DNA of 64,000 nucleotides from contig CALSNJ010000005.1 in the NCBI GenBank assembly GCA_943787745.1, positions 108,455 through 172,454 of the forward strand. Reading direction: 5' to 3'. Below the pieces are notes generated by a model, which was not told the DNA's origin, made no database searches, and saw only the letters and a list, made by a program, of their open reading frames with translations. A program made the translations under genes and the position numbers. Shown piece after piece: positions 57,605-64,000 of this stretch. Numbering within the stretch: the stretch's first letter is position 1; each line of letters begins with the position of its first letter. The DNA is from an uncultured Alphaproteobacteria bacterium (lineage in GTDB: Bacteria; Pseudomonadota; Alphaproteobacteria; UBA6615).

Positions 57605-58564
57605 ATGTCACTGCTCGAATCACGCGTTCAGTACAAGCCGTTCAGCTACCCATGGGCCTATGACGCCTGGCTGATGCAGCAGCGTGTCCACTGGTTGCCC
57701 GAAGAGGTGCCGCTGGCCGACGATGTGAAGGATTGGCATCGCACGCTTGATAACTCCGAGCGCAACTTGCTCACACATATTTTCCGCTTCTTCACGCAAG
57801 CCGATGTGGAAGTGAACAACTGCTACATGAAGCACTACACGCAGGTGTTCAAACCCACCGAGATCCAGATGATGCTGGCCGCCTTCTCGAATATCGAGAC
57901 GGTGCACATCTCAGCCTATTCCCATCTGCTCGACACGATCGGTATGCCCGAGACCGAGTACTCGGCCTTCCTCAAATATCAGCAGATGAAGGACAAATAC
58001 GACTACATGCAGGAGTTCGGGGTCGAGACGAACCGCGACATCGCCATGACGCTTGCGATGTTCGGGGCGTTCACCGAGGGCCTGCAGCTGTTTGCCTCCT
58101 TCGCGATCCTGATGAACTTCCCGCGCCACAACAAGATGAAGGGCATGGGCCAGATCGTGACCTGGTCGGTGCGTGACGAAAGCCTGCACACGGCTTCAAT
58201 CATCAAGCTGTTCCGCACCTTCATCAACGAGAACCCGGAAATCTGGGACGAAGAGTTCCAGCGTGAGCTTTATGTGGCCTGCGAGACCGTGCTCAACCAT
58301 GAAGACGCTTTTATCGACCTGGCGTTTGAAATGGGCAGCCTTGAAGGTCTCGAAGCCAGGGAAGTGAAGCAGTACATCCGCTACATCGCCGATCGCCGCC
58401 TCTCGCAGCTTGGCCTGCAGCCGGTCTACCGGGTCGAAGCGAACCCGCTGCCGTGGATGGAAGAGATGCTCAACGGTGTTGAGCACGCCAACTTCTTCGA
58501 AAACCGCTCAACCGAATATTCCAAGGCCGCAACCCAGGGTGACTGGGAAGAAGCATTCGAGTAG
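57605..58564 (+). CDS. nrdB: Ribonucleoside-diphosphate reductase beta subunit (class I, tyrosyl radical type)
   Basis: Iron ligands at QAD...IETVHISAY (Glu/His with the radical Tyr at +4 after His). 319 aa. AGAGGAAAG RBS. Confidence 0.85.
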   Translation: MSLLESRVQYKPFSYPWAYDAWLMQQRVHWLPEEVPLADDVKDWHRTLDNSERNLLTHIFRFFTQADVEVNNCYMKHYTQVFKPTEIQMMLAAFSNIETVHISAYSHLLDTIGMPETEYSAFLKYQQMKDKYDYMQEFGVETNRDIAMTLAMFGAFTEGLQLFASFAILMNFPRHNKMKGMGQIVTWSVRDESLHTASIIKLFRTFINENPEIWDEEFQRELYVACETVLNHEDAFIDLAFEMGSLEGLEAREVKQYIRYIADRRLSQLGLQPVYRVEANPLPWMEEMLNGVEHANFFENRSTEYSKAATQGDWEEAFE

Positions 58565-58585
58565 ACGCGACATCAGATCCAATTC

Positions 58586-58620
58586 AACGCGGCAACGGAG
58601 TTTCTCCCTTGCCGCGTTTT
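58586..58620 (+). terminator. Rho-independent terminator after nrdB
   Basis: AACGCGGCAAcggagtttctcccTTGCCGCGTT followed by TTTC. Confidence 0.65.
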
Positions 58621-58641
58621 CGTGTCCACCCTGTATGATCG

Positions 58642-60415
58642 GTGACCATGACCACCGAACAAATTTCCATCTTCGCCATTCTGGGCTTGTCGCTTGTCTT
58701 CTTCATGTGGGGGCGGTGGCGGTATGACGTGGTGGCGTTCACTGCGTTGATCGTGGGGGTTGTTGCTGGCGTCGTGCCCACGGACGCCGCCTTTGCCGGG
58801 TTCGGCCATCCCGCGGTGATCACGGTGGCCGCTGTGCTGGTGATCAGCCGCACGCTTCAGGTCTCCGGGGTTATCTCTATCTTTGCGGATGCCGTGGTGC
58901 GGTTTGCCAAGGGACAGGGAACCCAGATGGGTGCGCTGTCGGGGCTGGGCGCATTGTTGTCGGCATTCATGAACAATGTCGGGGCGCTGGCGCTGCTGAT
59001 GCCGCTGGCGTTGCGTCTGTCCGAACGCCCTTCGGCGGTACTGATGCCGCTCTCTTTTGCGACGATCCTCGGTGGGCTCGTCACCCTGATCGGCACACCG
59101 CCGAACATCATTATCGCGACCTATCGCGCCGATGTGACGGGTACGCCGTTTGCCATGTTCGACTTTGCCTTTGTCGGGCTGCCCATCGCGGTCGTCGGCA
59201 TGGCATTTGTCCTGCTGATCGGCTGGCGGCTGATTCCCTCGGATCGCACGAGCCGCCGTTCGGCAGAAGAGATGTTCGACCTCGACAGTTACATCGTCGA
59301 AGCGCGTCTGAACGATGATTCTGAATATGTCGGACGCAAGGTGCACGAACTCGAACAGTTGGATGAAGAGCAGAGCATTGTCGTGGGTCTGTTGCGCGAT
59401 GAAAACCGTCGGCTGATGCGGATCACGAGCGAGTATTTGCGCGCCGGGGATATCCTGTTGCTGCGCGTCGACCCCGCCACCATCGACGAATTGGTCAAAA
59501 AGGCTGGCTTGACGCTGACCGGCAGTGACCATCCCGATACGGAAAAGATCAAGTCCGATCAGGTCGGGATCGTGGAAGCCGTGGTGCAGCCCGGCTCCCG
59601 GATCGAGGGGCGCACGGCCATGAATTTGCGCCTGCGCCGTCACTTTCGGCGTTGCGCTGCTGGCGCTGGCCCGCGAAGGCGTGCCCATTCAGGAACGCAT
59701 TGCGCGGGTTCGGTTTCGCGCCGGCGATGTCTTGCTGCTGCAGGGCGAAGAAAGTGAAATGCCCGACGCCATTGCCGAAATGGGATGTCTGCCACTGGCG
59801 ACCCGAAACCTTAATATCGGCCGTGGTGGCAAGGTGCTGATTCCGGCTCTGGTGTTCGCCGCTTCTGTGTTCGCCACGGTCATGGGGTGGGCACCGGTCC
59901 ATGTGTCGTTCGCGGGAGCGGTTGTGGCATTGGTCCTGCTGGAGCGGATATCACCGCGCGAAGCTTATGAGACCATCGAATGGCCGGTGATTGTTCTGTT
60001 GGGCGCGATGATCCCGCTGGGGGATGCGTTGCAGTCGACAGGCGGCACGCAACTGATCGCCGACAGCATCGTCGGGCTGGCCGGGGCGATCCCGCCCTTC
60101 GCCATTCTGGGCATCGTGCTGGTCGTGACCATGACGCTGTCCGATCTGATGAACAACGCCGCGACGGCCATCGTGATGGCGCCGATCTCGGTCGCGATTG
60201 CGGGCAGTCTGGGCCTGAACGCCGACCCGTTCCTGATGGCCGTGGCCATCGGTGCCTCCTGTGCCTTCCTGACGCCCATCGGTCATCAGAACAACGTGTT
60301 GGTGATGGGGCCGGGGGGCTACAAGTTCGGCGATTACTGGCGCATGGGCCTGCCGCTGGAAATCATCATCGTCGCGATCTCGATCCCGTTGATCATGTTC
60401 TTCTGGCCGCTCTAG
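58642..60415 (+). pseudogene. SLC13/DASS-family permease with central TrkA-C domains, interrupted by a single frameshift near 59651
   Basis: ORF 58642..59757 ends ...MNLRLRRHF then nonsense. The adjacent frame gives FGVALLALAREGVPIQERIARV..., continuing into ORF 59681..60415. An extra T in the CACTTT homopolymer explains it. Confidence 0.7.
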
Positions 60416-60425
60416 GACGAGGCGT

Positions 60426-61157
60426 ATGTGCGGCCGGTTCGGGATGTTCCACACCTGGGAGGAGATGCGTCTCTCCTACAATCTGCTCGGGCCTGCGCTC
60501 AATCTGATGCCGCGTTACAACATTGCGCCGACCCAGGCGGTTGTCGCGATGATCCGTGCGGCCAGCGGTTCGAATGCGGGGGGGCGCGAAGCAACAGGCT
60601 TCCAATGGGGTCTGATTCCGCCCTGGGCCAAGGACCCGTCGATGGGCGCGAAGATGAACAACGCGCGCTCGGAAACTCTGGCCGAGAAGCCTTCCTTCAA
60701 GAACGCGTTCAAACGCCGCCGCTGCCTGATCCCGGCGAGCGGCTTTTACGAATGGACAAGTACGGGCACCGGCCCGAAACAACCGGTCTGGATCGCCAAA
60801 CCGGATGCCAGCCTGATCACCTTCGCGGGCCTCTGGGAAATCTGGCACAGCCCGGATGGCGGTGAGCTACAGACCTGCACCATCGTGACGACGGCGGCGA
60901 ACGAAACCCTCAAGCCCTATCACCACCGCATGCCGGTTGTGCTCAACCCGGACAGTTTCGATGCATGGCTGGGCGATGGGCAGGAAAGCCGCGAAGATCA
61001 GGCGCGCGCGACGGCCCTTATGGTGCCCGCCCCTGAAGACACACTCATGGTTCGCCCGGTCGGTACAGCCGTCAGCAACATCCGCAATGACGGACCCGAG
61101 CTGCTCGAGGAAGTCTCCCCCGCGACGATGGCACCGAAGCAGGGGGAGCTATTTTAG
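60426..61157 (+). CDS. SOS response-associated peptidase (SRAP/YedK, abasic-site processing protein)
   Basis: MCGRFGMFH N-terminus with catalytic Cys2. 243 aa. Confidence 0.85.
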   Translation: MCGRFGMFHTWEEMRLSYNLLGPALNLMPRYNIAPTQAVVAMIRAASGSNAGGREATGFQWGLIPPWAKDPSMGAKMNNARSETLAEKPSFKNAFKRRRCLIPASGFYEWTSTGTGPKQPVWIAKPDASLITFAGLWEIWHSPDGGELQTCTIVTTAANETLKPYHHRMPVVLNPDSFDAWLGDGQESREDQARATALMVPAPEDTLMVRPVGTAVSNIRNDGPELLEEVSPATMAPKQGELF

Positions 61158-63484
61158 GCAGCCGCCTGCGCGTCGTGGATCGCCTTCCAGACCTTGAACG
61201 GTGTGCACGGTGTGTCGACATGTTCGATCCCGAACTGGGACAATGCGTCCACGATGGCGTTGGTGCCCGCTGACAGCGACCCCACGGTGCCGGCTTCACC
61301 CGCACCCTTGACGCCGAGCGGGTTGGTCGGGGTGGGGACTTCGTTCTCCTCGAAGTTCACATTGCAGAAGTCGTCGGCCCGCGGCATGCAGTAATCCATG
61401 AAGGAGCCTGCGATCAGCTGGCCGCTTTCCGGGTCGTAGGTCTTGTCTTCCATCAGAACCTGACCCATGCCCTGAGCAATGCCGCCCATGATCTGTCCGC
61501 GCACCAGCATCGGATTGATGATCGTGCCCACATCGTCGACCACGGTGTAGTTGACCATCTCGGTCACGCCGGTATCGGGATCAATCTCCACTTCGCAGAT
61601 GTGACAGCCATTGGGGAAGTTGCCGGTCTTGGAATTGTAAGTACCGGTCTCATACAGGCCCGGCTCCATATCCTCGGGCAGGTCGTTGCTCTTGAACGCG
61701 GCGACGGCGACCTCGTGGATCGAAATCTCCTTGTCTGTGCCCGTGACCGAGAATTTTCCATCGGCGAATTCGATATCGGCTTCGGAGGCTTCCATCAGAT
61801 AGGCGGAGAGCTTCTTGCCCTTGGCGATGATCTTGTTTGCGGCCAGCACCATGGCGCTGCCGGTCATGATCGTCGAGCGTGAGCCGCCCGTGCCCATGCC
61901 GAAAGCCGAGACATCCGTATCGCCCTGCAGGATGCTCACCCGCTCGGGTGCGATGCCGAGCAGGTCGTTGATAATCTGCCGCTGGATTGTTGCATGACCC
62001 TGACCGTGGCTGATGGTTGAGGCCACGAAGGTCAGGTCTCCCGTGGGGTCGAAACGGAACTCGGCGGTCTCGGTTGTGTTGTCGGCAGCCCATTCCAGCG
62101 TGTTGGACATGCCGATCCCGCGCAGTTTGCCGCGAGATTCCGACTCTGCACGACGCGCCGGGAAGCCTGCCCAGTCGGCCGCCTCCATGGCCATGTCCAT
62201 ATTCTCTTCGAATTCGCCGCAATCATAGGTGTAGGTCAGCGGTGTCTTGTAAGGCATCGCCTCAGGCGGGATGGTGTTCTTGCGTCGCAATTCGGCCGGG
62301 TCAATTCCCAGCTTGTCAGCGGCCATTTCAACCATCCGCTCGATCATGAACGAGGCTTCCGGTCGCCCGGCCCCGCGATAGGGCGAGGTGCAATGAGTAT
62401 TGGTCAGCATGCCCGAAACTTCGACATAGGCGATCGGTGTTGTGTAGACGCCGATGGCGGTGCCGATATGCACCACGGGCGGGCTCGCGCCCCGATAGGA
62501 CGGGAAGGCGCCGAGGTTTCCCCAGCTGCGGACCTTCAGCGCCTTGAAGGTGCCGTCATTGTCGAAGGCGAGCGCCACATCGACCATATTGTCGCGTCCG
62601 TCATCATCGCTGAGATGGCTTTCTGACCGGTCTGCGACCCACTTCACCGCGCGACCGACATGCTTGGACACCCAGGGCATCAGAACCATCTCGGGATAGA
62701 TCGAGCCGCGCAGGCCATAGCTGCCGCCGATATCGTCGGTGACGAGACGAATTTTCGATTCCGGCACCTTGAAGGACTGGTCGGCGAGGCTCTTGCGGAA
62801 CAGCCAGGGGCGCTGGAAACCGCAGCGCAGGGTGTAGCGGCCGTCATTGGGCGAATATTCGCCGATCACGCCCCGGTTTTCCATGGCGTTCGCGGTGACC
62901 CGGTTGATCACCAGATGGTGCGAGACCACATGGTCGGCCTCTTCGAAGGCTTTGTCTGTGCCCGCCTTGTCGCCGGCCGAGTAAAGATAGGATTCGTTGT
63001 TGGGGCAGTCTTCGTACAGCTGTGGCGCGCCGTCCTCGAACGCATCCCGGCAGGAGGTCACCGCCGGTAGGACTTCATAGTCCACGTCGATCAATTCGCA
63101 GGCATCACGGGCCTGGTTCTCGGTTTCGGCCACGACCAGCACCACCGGGTAGCCGATATGCATGACCTTGCCGACAGCCAGCGCGGGGCGATCGGGGATG
63201 TACATCAATCCGCCATTGCGATGGTTGTAGTCGCCCATGCAGGGTACGACGCCCATGCCGTCGGCGCGGTAATCCTCGCCGGTGAACACACCGTGCACAC
63301 CGGGCGCAGCCTTCGCCGCCGTCGTGTCGATGGACAGGATTTTTGCGTGCGCGTGGGGTGAACGCAGGATCACGGCGCGAAGTTGGCGGTCATAGTTGAT
63401 GTCGTCCAGAAACCGGCCCTGACCGGTCAGCAATCTCTGGTCTTCCAGCCGCGTGGGCGACTGTCCGATCGAAAACTCACCCAT
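61154..63484 (-). CDS. Xanthine dehydrogenase family molybdopterin-binding subunit (second form-II CoxL-like paralog)
   Basis: Start at MGEFSIGQSPTRLEDQRLLTG with AGGAG RBS. PYRGAGR loop. No adjacent small or medium subunit genes. Confidence 0.85.
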   Translation of the reverse strand: MGEFSIGQSPTRLEDQRLLTGQGRFLDDINYDRQLRAVILRSPHAHAKILSIDTTAAKAAPGVHGVFTGEDYRADGMGVVPCMGDYNHRNGGLMYIPDRPALAVGKVMHIGYPVVLVVAETENQARDACELIDVDYEVLPAVTSCRDAFEDGAPQLYEDCPNNESYLYSAGDKAGTDKAFEEADHVVSHHLVINRVTANAMENRGVIGEYSPNDGRYTLRCGFQRPWLFRKSLADQSFKVPESKIRLVTDDIGGSYGLRGSIYPEMVLMPWVSKHVGRAVKWVADRSESHLSDDDGRDNMVDVALAFDNDGTFKALKVRSWGNLGAFPSYRGASPPVVHIGTAIGVYTTPIAYVEVSGMLTNTHCTSPYRGAGRPEASFMIERMVEMAADKLGIDPAELRRKNTIPPEAMPYKTPLTYTYDCGEFEENMDMAMEAADWAGFPARRAESESRGKLRGIGMSNTLEWAADNTTETAEFRFDPTGDLTFVASTISHGQGHATIQRQIINDLLGIAPERVSILQGDTDVSAFGMGTGGSRSTIMTGSAMVLAANKIIAKGKKLSAYLMEASEADIEFADGKFSVTGTDKEISIHEVAVAAFKSNDLPEDMEPGLYETGTYNSKTGNFPNGCHICEVEIDPDTGVTEMVNYTVVDDVGTIINPMLVRGQIMGGIAQGMGQVLMEDKTYDPESGQLIAGSFMDYCMPRADDFCNVNFEENEVPTPTNPLGVKGAGEAGTVGSLSAGTNAIVDALSQFGIEHVDTPCTPFKVWKAIHDAQAAA

Positions 63485-63559
63485 GAAACCTGCTCCTGAA
63501 ACGAAATGACGCAATCAACTGACCGGTCAAAAGTATCAGGGATGACATAGATTTGGAAC

Positions 63560-64000
63560 TTAACTTGCTGCCGAAAGTGCGAATTCGGTGATGGCGGTTT
63601 CTTCAAAGGGATCGAGCCCGGTGGCCGCTTCAAAGAGGCGCGAATCTCCCAGCCCATTGGCACATCCCTGAAGGCCCATATCGGTTGCCACCAGATACAT
63701 GGTCTGGAGCGCGACCCCCGCGTTCAGGAGGCTTGTCCGATAGGAAATGGTCTCGTACTTCCAGGCGATACGTGGAAGTCGGCTGGTGATTACAATCAAG
63801 GTATCCGCAGGTGAATCTGTCTGTCCCATGCAGGCCGCTGAAATCATGTGCATCTGCTGGCTTGCTGTTTCGCTGTCTGGCAAGTGCAGGAGCCGGTGGT
63901 TTTGACCCTGATAGTGATACAAGCCGGGTGTCAGGCCCTCGCATTGCCGCACTGCGACATAGAACTCCAGCTCATGAATACTGCCGCCGGAGGGAAAGGG
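63560..64000 (-). CDS. SagB/ThcOx-type (nitroreductase-fold) dehydrogenase, 5'-truncated by window edge
   Basis: ...CEGLTPGLYHY...ISYRTSLLNAGVALQTMYLVATDMGLQGCANG nitroreductase-family C-terminus. The frame is open upstream to the window end. Confidence 0.6.
   Translation of the reverse strand, partial: PFPSGGSIHELEFYVAVRQCEGLTPGLYHYQGQNHRLLHLPDSETASQQMHMISAACMGQTDSPADTLIVITSRLPRIAWKYETISYRTSLLNAGVALQTMYLVATDMGLQGCANGLGDSRLFEAATGLDPFEETAITEFALSAAS

Overview
High-GC (roughly 60-65%) alphaproteobacterial-type chromosomal segment, densely packed with metabolic and accessory genes, about 55 CDS. No rRNA, tRNA, CRISPR array, integrase or transposase gene could be supported from the sequence.

Main content:
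- 5' part: FAH-family/VOC pair, a GntR + FAD-linked oxidase + NtaA/DszA-type LLM monooxygenase cluster, gabD, a BKACE enzyme, quinone oxidoreductase, tandem Gfo/Idh/MocA oxidoreductases, LLM/GST/alpha-beta hydrolase.
- Glyoxylate-shunt cluster: glcB <- RamB/ScfR-like XRE regulator -> aceA.
- A ~12 kb lower-GC island (about 25.7-37.9 kb): two tandem haloalkane-dehalogenase paralogs, an alpha/beta hydrolase, a bifunctional aldolase/SDR, two paralogous quinone oxidoreductases around lysR + cupin, and a TPP enzyme + HAD phosphatase operon.
- speH-speE polyamine operon.
- A long minus-strand operon: XDH-family Mo subunit, cysQ, sua5, FAD oxidase, acyl-CoA dehydrogenase.
- A rearranged AmmeMemoRadiSam locus: the radical SAM enzyme is 4.4 kb away from a fused Memo-AMMECR1 gene, with a decayed AMMECR1 3'-end remnant in between.
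- Class I nrdAB, an SLC13 transporter, an SRAP peptidase, a second XDH-family subunit, and a partial SagB-type dehydrogenase at the window end.

Three genes carry frameshifts and one carries an in-frame stop:
- M14 peptidase: three same-direction indels.
- Acyl-CoA dehydrogenase: one indel.
- SLC13 permease: one homopolymer indel.
- A secreted rhodanese: in-frame TAG inside its signal peptide.
These are either decay or homopolymer sequencing errors; the sequence alone cannot tell which.

Intergenic space is populated by at least four families of palindromic repeats (REP-like paired hairpins, ~100-bp nested palindromes placed just after stop codons, GGGCGGGTTTCAAACCCGCCC hairpins, CCCTCTCCTCCC..GAGAGGGGG hairpins).

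All coordinates are window-based. Family assignments come from reading conserved motifs in the ORF translations, not from database searches.
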